Virus record (IMG/VR): IMGVR_UViG_3300013763_000001 | Coordinates: 1 to 56,311 of that record | DNA: 56,311 bases | DNA from: a virus | Taxonomy: Duplodnaviria; Caudoviricetes | Strand: one strand, 5' to 3' | In this document: piece by piece, positions 35,005 to 44,495 of the stretch | How positions within the stretch are numbered: position 1 is the first letter of the stretch | Layout of the letters: each line of letters begins with the position of its first letter | Notes under the pieces: model-generated | Databases searched by the model: none | Told to the model about the DNA's origin: nothing | Seen by the model: the letters and a program-made list of their open reading frames with translations, nothing else | Translations under genes and position numbers: made by a program

Positions 35005-35080
35005 GTCACTACCCTACTTTCTTTGACAGGCGGGTCTGCTGACCCAACGTGCAACGGGCCAGCGCCCGCGTGCAAAGGTG

Positions 35081-36304
35081 CTAAACGGTGGCGCTGTTGC
35101 GGTGCGTCAGGTACTTCACGGCGTCGGCAAAGCTCATCTTCGCCGCCTTGGCATTCGCTTCGGCGTCGGTCTCGGTCGCCACGTTGCCGCTTCCCGGAGC
35201 AATCTCGCCGGTGACGTTTGGCGTGCGGCTCACGGCTGCCTGCGCGATGCCGAGGTCGGACAGGGCCTTGCTGATCGGCTTGAGGCCGGCAGCGATACCA
35301 GCCGCCACGCGCTCATCCACGATCTTCGCAAGGTCTTCGGCGCTGATCGTCTTGTTCGCGACGTCCTCTTGCGCCTTGGCCACGGTCTCAGCGGCAGTCG
35401 TCGCCGTCGCTTCCGCCTTGCCGTTGCTGGCGATCAGCAGGTCAATGCGGCTGACCAGTGCGGCGATATTGGTACTGAGTTCCTCGTTCACGGTTGCCTC
35501 CTGTGCCTTGGTGACGGCTGCGCCGCCAGTTGCCGAGTCCTGATGGCCCGGCATATCGTGATAGTGATCACTGCCACCATCGTGCGTGTGCTCGTGCGCG
35601 TGGCTATAGCTGCCACCTTTGCCGTTGCTGTGGCTGTGCATGTGCTGGTGGATGCCATTCATCGCGCCGTGACTGCCGTCATCCGCAACGACTTGCGTCG
35701 CTACCTGCGCCTTCTCGATCGGCAACCCCAGGCCGGCCTTGAGCGACTGCCAGAAGCTGCGTTGCGCCGTATCTTGGTCCATAGTCTCATCCTCCTGCGC
35801 CTTGACGATGCTGATAATCGCGCCGTTGTTCACTGGCCGGTAGCCACGGCGTACCAGGGAGATGCCGGTGATGGTGAGCGGCGACAGGATGCGCGGCGGC
35901 GGCTGAGTGAGGTCCTTGTTCGCCATACCGTCGATGCTGAAGCCGACGTACTCGCCATCGGCAGCCGCCTTCGCCACCGCAATGTCGTTTGGCTTGTAAG
36001 CAATGTGCCACTTGCCGCCGCTAATATGCGACTCCACCAGCCGCCCCGGTAGCTCCACCTGTCCGAAGACCGGCTGTGAGCCCGGCTTGGTAAAGCCGTG
36101 CGTATCATAGAACGGTTGTTGTGGCAAGGACAAGAAGGCGTGTGCGGCAAGACGTAGGTCACGCTCCGGCACGACGTCGCCTTCATCGTCCATCACACCG
36201 GCGACACTGGCGACACCTTCGATGATGCCTTCCAGTGCGGAGGCTTTGGCGATCGGGACGTAGCAGCCAACTACCGCCTGGTTTGGCTCAAGCGTTAACT
36301 GCAT
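35081..36304 (-). CDS. prohead protease/scaffold fusion (XkdF-like) with His-rich linker
   Basis: IAK...G.ASV...D.EGD.V...AAH.F...H...VES...GEY.GFSI.G...ISLV..P.N. Confidence 0.75.
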   Translation of the reverse strand: MQLTLEPNQAVVGCYVPIAKASALEGIIEGVASVAGVMDDEGDVVPERDLRLAAHAFLSLPQQPFYDTHGFTKPGSQPVFGQVELPGRLVESHISGGKWHIAYKPNDIAVAKAAADGEYVGFSIDGMANKDLTQPPPRILSPLTITGISLVRRGYRPVNNGAIISIVKAQEDETMDQDTAQRSFWQSLKAGLGLPIEKAQVATQVVADDGSHGAMNGIHQHMHSHSNGKGGSYSHAHEHTHDGGSDHYHDMPGHQDSATGGAAVTKAQEATVNEELSTNIAALVSRIDLLIASNGKAEATATTAAETVAKAQEDVANKTISAEDLAKIVDERVAAGIAAGLKPISKALSDLGIAQAAVSRTPNVTGEIAPGSGNVATETDAEANAKAAKMSFADAVKYLTHRNSATV

Positions 36305-36668
36305 CCCATGCCTCCTTGTGCTCGGTGATGGCGTCCGGCTGGTACTGCGCCCGAGCGCCGATGAGGTCACGCCGCCCGCCTTGCTGCTCTTTCGCTCGCT
36401 TGGCAATGATGCGGCACAGTTCGGACAGCCCCTCGTGCCGTGACTCGCCGGTACGCGCCAGGATCACGGCCAGCGCGCGCACGCCCACCGGCACCAGCGC
36501 GCGTGTCCCGGCAATGTCCCAGCACTCGACATAGACCAGGCCGTTGTCAACAGAGAGTCGCGCGGCGGCCAGATCAACCCGATGCGTCAAGGCGCGGATG
36601 AACGGCTCAATGACGAGGCCCGCGTGGCGCATGCGCTGGTCTTCGGAAAGGGATAGCGTGACTTGCAT
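36288..36668 (-). CDS. hypothetical protein
   Basis: GAGGGGAG RBS; TGATG coupling. Confidence 0.6.
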   Translation of the reverse strand: MQVTLSLSEDQRMRHAGLVIEPFIRALTHRVDLAAARLSVDNGLVYVECWDIAGTRALVPVGVRALAVILARTGESRHEGLSELCRIIAKRAKEQQGGRRDLIGARAQYQPDAITEHKEAWDAVNA

Positions 36669-37294
36669 CACTCTCCCCTCCAGGGAGCCGCTATCTTGGT
36701 CGTGTGCAAGCCCCAGCGATCGTGGCAATTTGGATGGGGTATATCCCCCACCAAGCTATCGTTGATGTCGTAGGGGTTGCCGCTGGCGATTGACTGGCAC
36801 AGTTTGCAGGCCAAACTACCGCCAAATACGGCCGTGCCGCTCGCCTGGCTCTGTGCGATGAACTCGCGTTGCGCCGCGCCGGCTCCATGCGCCACCTCGG
36901 TCAGCGCCAACTGCGGCACCTTCCAGGCGTCGCGCTCCACCGACCACTGCGCGATTTCTTCCGGCGTTGCGCCGCCGTCTTTGCTGTCGAGAAACTCCAG
37001 CAGGTCATGCTCCCAGGTGGTGCCTACCTGCATCGCCACCCGTTCGGCGTGCTGGCGAATATCGGCCACGACCGCCGGGTTGCTGATCCGCACATAGCCA
37101 GGATCAATGCCGGCGGTCGCCAGTTCGTACATCACGGCCTGCTGGTACGTTTGCAGGCCAGTCTGAAAGAGGATATCGGCCAGGCTGTTGCCACCCGTGG
37201 CGCTTTCCTCAGCGTTGAGCCGCGCTATCGCCTGCCGTACCTGGACGCGGAAACGACCAGACGGGAGCGTGGCGAGCGCGGCGGCGGTGGGCAT
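36668..37294 (-). CDS. MuF-like head morphogenesis protein
   Basis: A.TE...CKLC...N.PY...PHPNC. Confidence 0.7.
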   Translation of the reverse strand: MPTAAALATLPSGRFRVQVRQAIARLNAEESATGGNSLADILFQTGLQTYQQAVMYELATAGIDPGYVRISNPAVVADIRQHAERVAMQVGTTWEHDLLEFLDSKDGGATPEEIAQWSVERDAWKVPQLALTEVAHGAGAAQREFIAQSQASGTAVFGGSLACKLCQSIASGNPYDINDSLVGDIPHPNCHDRWGLHTTKIAAPWRGE

Positions 37295-37305
37295 TTACCG
37301 CACTC

Positions 37306-37491
37306 CTACCGGATTTCCAAAGGTGTGTGAATTTCGGTGATAATCCGCCTGGTTGCCCGGTTGACAGTATTTACGTACTGCTCAACGGCACAGAGGCGGC
37401 AAGGCAGGTTCTTACGTACCGCCGTGTAGACCGTGCCGCACTCGGGGCAGGCGTAGAGGTCTGCCCCAGCGGCGATGCGAATCAGGTCCAT
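37306..37491 (-). CDS. small zinc-ribbon protein
   Basis: CPECG...CRLC. Confidence 0.55.
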   Translation of the reverse strand: MDLIRIAAGADLYACPECGTVYTAVRKNLPCRLCAVEQYVNTVNRATRRIITEIHTPLEIR

Positions 37492-37494
37492 CGC

Positions 37495-38067
37495 TTACCG
37501 CTTCGCAGCCGGCTTGGCCTGCGGCGGCAACGGCTCACTGCTCACCGACTCGCGTACCTGCGAACGGTAGGCGTCGGCACGGTCGCCGGCGGCGTCGGCC
37601 AGGTCGTTCTGGCGGCGCTTCTCGCCCTTGTCGTCAGCGTTGGCGGCGCGTTCCTTCGCGCTCGCTTCCTCCAGGTCGGCTGGCCCGCCTTGCAACGGTC
37701 GCTTCTCCGCCTCGGTCGCAAACTGTCCCGGCGCGTTCAGGTCGGCAGGCGACACGGCGGCCACCGGCGAATCTTCGAAGATGCTGGGCCGGATGCCGGT
37801 CACGCGGTGAATCTGGTGCGCGTTGAGGTTGCCGGGAATGTGCTCCGGCAAGAGGTCCTTTACGTCCAGGACGCGACTCGGCAGGATGCGGATGACCGGT
37901 ACGCTGCAATTGCCGCAACGCTCATCTAGGCCAGCCGTCTGGTACGGCGCGCTGCCGTCACTATGCACGACGTGCTCCGGCTTGATCCCCGCGCCGTCTG
38001 CCGGCGCGTCCTTCAGGAAAAAGGCAATATGGTTGCAGTGCTCACACTGGTAGGCTTTGACGCTCAT
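37495..38067 (-). CDS. hypothetical zinc-binding protein
   Basis: CEHC...CGNC; RBS AAAGGAG at 38081-38075. Confidence 0.65.
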   Translation of the reverse strand: MSVKAYQCEHCNHIAFFLKDAPADGAGIKPEHVVHSDGSAPYQTAGLDERCGNCSVPVIRILPSRVLDVKDLLPEHIPGNLNAHQIHRVTGIRPSIFEDSPVAAVSPADLNAPGQFATEAEKRPLQGGPADLEEASAKERAANADDKGEKRRQNDLADAAGDRADAYRSQVRESVSSEPLPPQAKPAAKR

Positions 38068-38072
38068 GCTAT

Positions 38073-39284
38073 GACTCCTTTAAGATTCGGATGATTCCCC
38101 GCCCCGTTTGTGTTATACTGAGCATATGCACAAATCCTTTCGATATCGCCTGTACCCAACGAAGGCACAGGCTCGCGTGATGCAGCAAACGCTGGACGAG
38201 TGCCGCTGGTTGTACAACCACCTCCTGGAACAGCGCAAGACATCCTGGGAGGAACGGCAGGAGTCGATCTCGCTGTATCAGCAACTTGGCACGATCCCGT
38301 CGCTCAAGCTGGAGCGCCAGTCCCTGGCATCTGTCCACAGCCAGGTCTTGCAGAATGTCGGGGTGCGATTGGACCTCGCCTTCCAGGCATTCTTCCGGCG
38401 CGTCAAGGCGGGTGAGGAGCCGGGCTATCCCCGATTCCGGGGGGCTGGTTGGTACGATGGCTTCACCTACCCGCAGGAAGGACGCAAGGGCGGCACGTGG
38501 CTGGAGACGCTCCCAAACGGGAAGCAGGCCATCCGGCTTGCCAAGATCGGCGCGATCAAGATGGTCTACCATCGCCCCGTGGAAGGGCACATCAAGACCA
38601 CCTGCGTCAAGCGTTGTAGTACCGGCAAGTGGTACGTTACCTTTAGTTGCGAAGTCGAGGACGCGCCCCTGCCGGAACGCACCGAGCAGGTCGGCATCGA
38701 CGTTGGCCTGAAGACGTTCGCCACTCTCAGTGACGGGTCCACGATCGACAGTCCGCGTTTCTTCCGGGCTGAGGAAAAGGCGCTCAAGCGGGTGTCCCGA
38801 CAGCACGCCAAGCTTGCCAAGGGCACTCCTGAACGCCGGAAGCACCGCAAGGCCGTGGCCCGCGTGCATGAGCGGGTCAGCTTCCGTCGCCATAACTTCG
38901 TGCATCAGGAGTCGCGTCGAATCGTGGACGGCCACCAGGTTATCGCGGTAGAGGACCTGGCCGTCAACCGTCTGCTGCACAACCACTGTCTATCGAAGAG
39001 CATCAGCGATGCGGCATGGGGTATGTTCGCGTCGATACTGTCTGGCAAGGCCGCAAGTGCCGGTCGGCAGTACATCGCCGTCAATCCAGCGTACACTAGC
39101 CAGGACTGTAGCCGCTGCCACCATCGGCAAAAGATGCTGCTGTCCGACCGGGTGTACCGCTGCCCGTGCTGTGGTTTGGTCATTGGCCGGGACCACAATG
39201 CGGCCTTGAATATTTTGGGCTTGGGACAACAAGCCCTGGGACTCGTCCCGAGAAGCCCCTGTCTTTAGACAGGGGAGTTGTCAC
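38073..39284 (+). mobile_element. tnpB-only IS200/IS605-derived element
   Basis: Right-end hairpin CCCCTGTC-TTTA-GACAGGGG (39256-39275) then TCAC (39281-39284); no tnpA; no matching left-end hairpin seen; left boundary uncertain. Confidence 0.8.
38126..39268 (+). CDS. tnpB: RNA-guided endonuclease TnpB
   Basis: KSFRYRLYPT HTH; GYPRF; RuvC-I VGIDVG, RuvC-II AVEDL, zinc finger TSQDCSRC...CPCC, RuvC-III RDHNAA.NI; TGTTATACT 6 nt before ATG. Confidence 0.97.
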   Translation: MHKSFRYRLYPTKAQARVMQQTLDECRWLYNHLLEQRKTSWEERQESISLYQQLGTIPSLKLERQSLASVHSQVLQNVGVRLDLAFQAFFRRVKAGEEPGYPRFRGAGWYDGFTYPQEGRKGGTWLETLPNGKQAIRLAKIGAIKMVYHRPVEGHIKTTCVKRCSTGKWYVTFSCEVEDAPLPERTEQVGIDVGLKTFATLSDGSTIDSPRFFRAEEKALKRVSRQHAKLAKGTPERRKHRKAVARVHERVSFRRHNFVHQESRRIVDGHQVIAVEDLAVNRLLHNHCLSKSISDAAWGMFASILSGKAASAGRQYIAVNPAYTSQDCSRCHHRQKMLLSDRVYRCPCCGLVIGRDHNAALNILGLGQQALGLVPRSPCL

Positions 39285-39300
39285 GACTCCTTGCTGTCTG
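39190..39300 (+). ncRNA. predicted TnpB omegaRNA/reRNA 3' part; guide begins GACTCCTTGCTGTCTG at 39285
   Basis: Inferred from established TnpB biology: the scaffold overlaps the tnpB 3' end/right end and the guide is the flank after the end. The 5' boundary is not determinable. Confidence 0.6.
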
Positions 39301-40882
39301 CGTTCGGGCCACGATTGGCACCGATCTCACGCGCCAGATGCGCGCTCTTGTTGCCGAGGTTCTCGGCCAGGCGTGACGCGGTGTCCTTGACAATCTGCCG
39401 GAACCACTCCGGCGTCTCGTCCTCAGCCTTCTTCACCGGCGTGTTGCTGCTCGCTACCGGCGCTGGCACGACTGGCATCCCCGGTGCGGTTGGCGTTGCA
39501 CTACCAGCAACCGGCGGTTGTCGCAATCCTGCAGGCGGCTGTTTCGTGCCGTTGATGTCCTCCGGGTCCTGAATCTCCGCGCTCATCGCACCTTTCGCCG
39601 TCAGCAGGACGCTATCGGGATCACCTGGCTTGCCGACCACCCACAACTGCCGTCCGCCCATGTACAGCGGCTCATCCATGCCATCGACTGGCGGAAGATT
39701 GAGCACCTTCAACGCTTGATTGCCGGACGCGCCGACGTGCGTCATCAGTTCAGCAGCTTGCAGGCGATCCAGGCGTATCTTCGTCGTGTTGGGAGCAAGG
39801 ATGGTGATGTCACTGTTCGCAAGCGCGCCGAGCATCACCACGCGGTTGAAGTCCTCGAAGACGGCTTTCTGCTCCGGCGCGATGACGTTCTCGTCAAACA
39901 TCACCTGGTCTTGCTCTTTACCGTTGCCGCCCAGCGAGCCGCTAAACGCCGTAATCAGCGAGAGCGGCACGCTGAAGACCGCCGACACTTCCTCTCGGTT
40001 CCACGTGCGCAACGCGACGAATTCCATATCCTTGTGCAGGCTGGCGCCGTCGCGTACCATGGCGATCTGGCCGTTGAGAAAGAGCGGCGAGTGTGACTGC
40101 GCGGGGTCCGTGAAGTTCTGGAGCAGGTACTCGCGTTCGCGCTCCAGCTTGATCGGGTCCATGTCGTCTTTGATGGCGTACACGTCGCCGGCCTTGACGC
40201 CGTTGCGAAAGAACCCGGTGTTGTACTTCAGCGCCGCCATGTCGTTGGCGAGCGTCGCGTCCAGCGATTCCAGCGGCGCGAGGCCGCCGCCGTTCGGCCC
40301 GCTGTCGTTGAGCGTGCTGTGCCAGATGTCCGCCGCCGGTATCGGCGTGCTGGTGCTCGTCCAACGCCCGTTCGGAAACAGGTCGTACACCTTCACCGGG
40401 CCGCTTGGCTCTGGCCGTGCAACGATGGTGCGAAAGTCGATGCGATGGAGGGCGGCAAGCGTGCCGTCTGGCGCGCGCTGAATCCGCACGTAGCTGTTGC
40501 CGTTGATCTGGCGGTCACGATAGATCGTCCGCAGCAGCCGGTCGAACGATTGCGTCGGGTTGATCTGCGCCAGCCACGTCCGCACCGCCGTGATGCCGGT
40601 CTCGTCTTCCGACTCACTCTTGATGCCGTACTCGTCAGCGGTCGCCGCCTGTGCGATGTAGTCCACGCAGGTGCGTACCCAGGGGCCTTTGGCGTAGAGG
40701 TGATACTGGTAGGCGGCGTCCTCCAGGTGTTCACGCTGCCAGGCGATCGCATCCTGGCTACGTCCGCCGCCAAGGTCGGAGCCGCCCAGGATCACCAGAC
40801 CGTTGCCGTAGGTTTCGAGCTGCCCGGGGTCGCCAATCCCCTTGGCTACCCGCGACGTTGCGCCACGCGCTGTGCTTGCCAT
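39281..40882 (-). CDS. portal protein (HK97 family)
   Basis: V..CVD.IA...NP...GNSY..I.R...G.APL...YN..FF.NG...DMEF..LR...E....F.VP; follows terL. Confidence 0.92.
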   Translation of the reverse strand: MASTARGATSRVAKGIGDPGQLETYGNGLVILGGSDLGGGRSQDAIAWQREHLEDAAYQYHLYAKGPWVRTCVDYIAQAATADEYGIKSESEDETGITAVRTWLAQINPTQSFDRLLRTIYRDRQINGNSYVRIQRAPDGTLAALHRIDFRTIVARPEPSGPVKVYDLFPNGRWTSTSTPIPAADIWHSTLNDSGPNGGGLAPLESLDATLANDMAALKYNTGFFRNGVKAGDVYAIKDDMDPIKLEREREYLLQNFTDPAQSHSPLFLNGQIAMVRDGASLHKDMEFVALRTWNREEVSAVFSVPLSLITAFSGSLGGNGKEQDQVMFDENVIAPEQKAVFEDFNRVVMLGALANSDITILAPNTTKIRLDRLQAAELMTHVGASGNQALKVLNLPPVDGMDEPLYMGGRQLWVVGKPGDPDSVLLTAKGAMSAEIQDPEDINGTKQPPAGLRQPPVAGSATPTAPGMPVVPAPVASSNTPVKKAEDETPEWFRQIVKDTASRLAENLGNKSAHLAREIGANRGPNADSKES

Positions 40883-42264
40883 CCGCCAGCGCCTCCTGCA
40901 AATCGCGCACCCGCGTCGAGACGGGTTACTTCAAGGTCCGGTCGCGTCCGGTATAACTGCTCAATTGCGCCAGCGACGGCGTCAACGGCGTCATCGTGCG
41001 CGCCGCCTGGGAAGCTTTCCGCCTCGTCCAGGAACGCGCTGATCCAGGATCCGCGCACTAGGAGGACGTTTCCGGCTTCGGCAGCGCTACTCACCGGGTT
41101 AGCGCGTATCTCCTTGCTCCCGGTAGAGCGGTTGCCATAAAACGCATAGCCCGGCAGAACATGGCGGCGATAGTGGTCAATCGTGTTGACGCCACTACTG
41201 CCCGGTTCCTGCTCCATCCAGATCGGGATGGCGTAGGTGTCTAGCGCCGCCGTCTGCGCTACCAGCGCCTCGACTGCCTGCGGTGTGCCGCGCATCCGCC
41301 GTATGTCACGGATGTAGTAGCGGCCGTCGTGCATACTCACGAGCGCGCCGACAGTCCAATCAGGATCAGCACCCTTGCGCGCCTCGGTTGCCGCAAGGTC
41401 CCAGAAGCGCACCGAACGTGCCGCTGCCGGCGCCTGATCCACGATCGGGAACCACTGCCGCTGGAACTTGGTGCCGGGTGGACGCGCGAACCAGTCGCCG
41501 GCCAGGAGTTGCGCAAGCGTATACGGATCAAGTTTGGACAGCGACCGGATGTACTCGTCACGATCCAGATGCGGATTGTCGTCCAGGGTCGAAGGAATGA
41601 ACGCGCGTTCCGGGTCGTGCTCCACCATGAAGCGCTGCATCACCCAGGCGTGCCCCGGCCCTCCGGGGTTGGTTGCCGCCCGCATGCGCGTCGGCACCGG
41701 CAACGTCTTCAATCGACGGAGACGACTGAACAAATAACGGTACTGCGATTCGCTGAACTGCGTGAGTTCGTCGAAACAAATTGTTTGAAACGCTGCACCC
41801 TGGTATCGCAGCTTATCGTCTTCGTGCTCCAGGTAGCCAAAGGTCAAGGTGGCCCGACTGGGGAACGTCCACGTCTTCGTCGTCTCGTTCCAGTGCGCCG
41901 CCGTGCCGCTCAGCCACTCCTTGCTGCGCGCCATGATCGCCTCAGGCAAGGAAAGATCAGCATATGTCCGGCGAAGAATCAACGCGGCGTAGCCGGGTAT
42001 ATCGACATATTGCAGTGCCGCCATGAGCAGCGCCTGACTCTTACCGCCGCCCGCCGCGCCGCCAAACAGCGCCTCGTCTTGATGCAGCGTCAGGAATCGC
42101 GCCTGTTTTGGCGTCGGGTTAGACGGTATCCACGGATTGGCGAAGATCGTCTGTTCCAGCAGCAGTTTCGATTGCTGGAACCGTTCCTCCTGAATCGTCA
42201 GTGAAGAGCCGGCGGTAGGCGTCAAAGTCGAAGACGGCAACGGCGCCAACGATAGGCTCGCCAT
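40846..42264 (-). CDS. terL: terminase large subunit
   Basis: Walker A GGAAGGGKS, Walker B ICFDE, ATNPGG.GH.WV, DNP, WDLA, HDD.VDA. Confidence 0.95.
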   Translation of the reverse strand: MASLSLAPLPSSTLTPTAGSSLTIQEERFQQSKLLLEQTIFANPWIPSNPTPKQARFLTLHQDEALFGGAAGGGKSQALLMAALQYVDIPGYAALILRRTYADLSLPEAIMARSKEWLSGTAAHWNETTKTWTFPSRATLTFGYLEHEDDKLRYQGAAFQTICFDELTQFSESQYRYLFSRLRRLKTLPVPTRMRAATNPGGPGHAWVMQRFMVEHDPERAFIPSTLDDNPHLDRDEYIRSLSKLDPYTLAQLLAGDWFARPPGTKFQRQWFPIVDQAPAAARSVRFWDLAATEARKGADPDWTVGALVSMHDGRYYIRDIRRMRGTPQAVEALVAQTAALDTYAIPIWMEQEPGSSGVNTIDHYRRHVLPGYAFYGNRSTGSKEIRANPVSSAAEAGNVLLVRGSWISAFLDEAESFPGGAHDDAVDAVAGAIEQLYRTRPDLEVTRLDAGARFAGGAGGWQAQRVAQRRG

Positions 42265-42610
42265 CCTTGCCTGTCACCTCCACGCGGTCAGCCCACAGCT
42301 TGTGATACTTGCCGAGGAGTTCCAGCGCCTTGACCTTGCTCCCCAACTCGCGCGCCCTGGCCAGGACGTGCCACTCAACACGGGCAACCTCGGCCAGTTC
42401 ACTCAGCACCTCATACTGGCTCATCGCACGCGCCTGGAGTTCGGCGTCGATCCGCGCGCGGATACTAGCTTTCGCTAAGGTCTGGCTACCCTGCACGTTC
42501 GGCTGCTTGTAACCCGCGCTCCGGGCCGCTCCGGTCGCGTTGCCGTGGGCAGAACCAAGGTACGCCGCAATGAACTGCTCCTGCTTGGAGGTCAGTCGTC
42601 CATCTGGCAT
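42119..42610 (-). CDS. terS: terminase small subunit
   Basis: LTSKQEQF...Y...NATGAARSAGY...KALELLGK...E.TGKDG.PI. Confidence 0.92.
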   Translation of the reverse strand: MPDGRLTSKQEQFIAAYLGSAHGNATGAARSAGYKQPNVQGSQTLAKASIRARIDAELQARAMSQYEVLSELAEVARVEWHVLARARELGSKVKALELLGKYHKLWADRVEVTGKDGEPIVGAVAVFDFDAYRRLFTDDSGGTVPAIETAAGTDDLRQSVDTV

Positions 42611-42813
42611 CACACTGTCCTGCGCTCCGGTCCTACCGGCCGTACCCGCATCACCCGTTCGCATTCCTCATCCGGCGCCACATCCCACCAGCGGTAGGCC
42701 GGCGGCTCGACTGGCATCTGCCGTGCGGCTCGTGCGACCGCCTCCGGCGCAATGGCGGCCAGGGTAGCGAGGGATGCCGTACTCACGATGTCGCAGAGAC
42801 GGTAGAGGGTCAT
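42610..42813 (-). CDS. hypothetical protein
   Basis: GAGGA RBS; TGATG coupling to terS. Confidence 0.5.
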   Translation of the reverse strand: MTLYRLCDIVSTASLATLAAIAPEAVARAARQMPVEPPAYRWWDVAPDEECERVMRVRPVGPERRTV

Positions 42814-43059
42814 TGCGCCGTCCTCACCGCTGCTACCGCGAACGCTACACAACAGGTGATCAGCAGCAAGCTACCGAGGAAGGTCAGCACGGGACGCTCC
42901 TGTATACGCGAAAGGAGAAAGCGAGCAACGGCGTCGGGAGGAAGGGTGACGCACGGGAAGAACGATAGGTAGCGATTTGGCGATGGCATTGCCCGCTTGC
43001 GCTTATCCTACCCGCTGCCGTTGCGCTTCCTGCGGCATTTGCGGTCGTTGCGGTCACGA

Positions 43060-43602
43060 TTAAGCGACCTCCTGCTCTTGCCAGCGTTCGGCGTAGAGCC
43101 AGGACGCGATGACGCGCACGGACGTATGCGCGTAGGCACTGACCGTCTCCCGACCGATGTGCAACTTCTCCGCCGCCGCGACGGAAGTCCGTCGCTGCAC
43201 AAGGATCAGGTCGTAGGCTCCGGCCAGATGCGTCGGCAGTTGGATGGCGAGCTTGCGGAAGACGGCGGTGTCGATGGACTGACGCTCGCCGACCCATACC
43301 TCTATCGCGCGTGGTCCGTCAATGTTGATGCACGCCTGGGTACCGGTCGGGTCGCTGATGCCGTGCGGCGGACGGCGCGCGATCTGCCCGACGCTCACGT
43401 CGTCCGGGACGTGATCAGGATGGTAGTAATGCTTGATCGGTCGGAACGTCGGCATCTGGTAGGGGTAGCCGCTCTGGTAGAAGCCGGCGAAGTAGAGATG
43501 CAGTTCGGACAGCACGATGCGCTGTTGCTCCGGCGTCAGGGGCTTTGGGGGTGCTTCAACCAAGATACTGCCTCCCTGCTGCTGCGATAGACCGTCAATC
43601 AC
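43060..43602 (-). CDS. putative late-gene activator (C-terminal HTH)
   Basis: Last early gene before the non-coding gap and terminase; SVAAAEKLHIGRETVS HTH. Confidence 0.6.
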   Translation of the reverse strand: MIDGLSQQQGGSILVEAPPKPLTPEQQRIVLSELHLYFAGFYQSGYPYQMPTFRPIKHYYHPDHVPDDVSVGQIARRPPHGISDPTGTQACINIDGPRAIEVWVGERQSIDTAVFRKLAIQLPTHLAGAYDLILVQRRTSVAAAEKLHIGRETVSAYAHTSVRVIASWLYAERWQEQEVA

Positions 43603-43711
43603 TGCTTTCGCTCCCTCCCCCGGTCGTCGTACCCCAGGATGTACCCCGCCACGAAGACGCCGCACGACAACCAGGCGATGCCGGCCAGGAGCAGGATGGC
43701 GTGGTCGATGG

Positions 43712-44239
43712 TCATGGTGATGGCACCTCCGGCGGGAAGATGCGCTCCCAGGCTTTCTGTCGTTTGGCCTCTAACTCCTGATTCCGCAGGATGCCGCCAT
43801 CCTCCGCCACTTCGGTCTTCACCGGCCACCGGCTGAGATAACGCACCGGGGCGGCGTACCATTCCAGCGCCGACTGCTGGCGGCGCAACGCTCGCTTATC
43901 TCGGTCATGGGCGTCGTGCGATTCCGTGACCGCTACCGCCAAATTGTCCTCACGCTCACGCGCCTTGGCGAACGCCTCTCGCAACCGCTCCACCTCCGCC
44001 AGCGCAGCCGGCAGCGCGTCGGCATCGGCAACGGCGGCGAGTATCTCAGCCGCGCTCGAAGAGGTGTACCGAATCCGCTCGTCACGCGGGCAACGCCAGC
44101 GCAGCGTGCCGTCGTTGAGGTCAATCCTGGTGTTGACCATCTCGCCGCCGCACTGCCGGCAGGAGGGGTGCATCTCCAGGTCGTACCGCTGTCGCAACGC
44201 TTGCCGCTGCTCTACCGTCGTCTGCTGCTCAGTGCTCAC
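43712..44239 (-). CDS. hypothetical protein
   Basis: CRQCGG...C; LPAALAEVERLR coiled coil. Confidence 0.6.
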   Translation of the reverse strand: MSTEQQTTVEQRQALRQRYDLEMHPSCRQCGGEMVNTRIDLNDGTLRWRCPRDERIRYTSSSAAEILAAVADADALPAALAEVERLREAFAKAREREDNLAVAVTESHDAHDRDKRALRRQQSALEWYAAPVRYLSRWPVKTEVAEDGGILRNQELEAKRQKAWERIFPPEVPSP

Positions 44240-44495
44240 CGGTCGCCCCTTTCTCTATCGCCTTCTTTTGCTCGGTTGCAAATCCCGCTTCCAGACGCCG
44301 GCAGTACGCCAGGATGGGCGTTCGCCGGGGTAACTTGCTGTAGCCGACTATTGCGGAATGGATGATCATTGCAGCGACCTGGGTGTATGGGCGCTGCTCG
44401 TCCTCAGCAATGAAGTTGAGATTGTCAACGTCCTCCGGCGTCATGCGGAGAAAGAACGATTTACTGCGGGCGTCAGACACCGCGTTTGACATCAC
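44229..44495 (-). CDS. ribbon-helix-helix-like protein
   Basis: FFLRMT...L..IAEDEQRP. Confidence 0.55.
   Translation of the reverse strand: MMSNAVSDARSKSFFLRMTPEDVDNLNFIAEDEQRPYTQVAAMIIHSAIVGYSKLPRRTPILAYCRRLEAGFATEQKKAIEKGATGEH

Noticed and set aside
38069-38986. 305-aa minus-strand ORF
   Set aside because: It is the antisense shadow of tnpB with no recognisable motifs.
23536-42610. Stop-codon reassignment or inteins in core genes
   Set aside because: Core genes are full length under the standard code, use all three stops, and show no intein-sized insertions.
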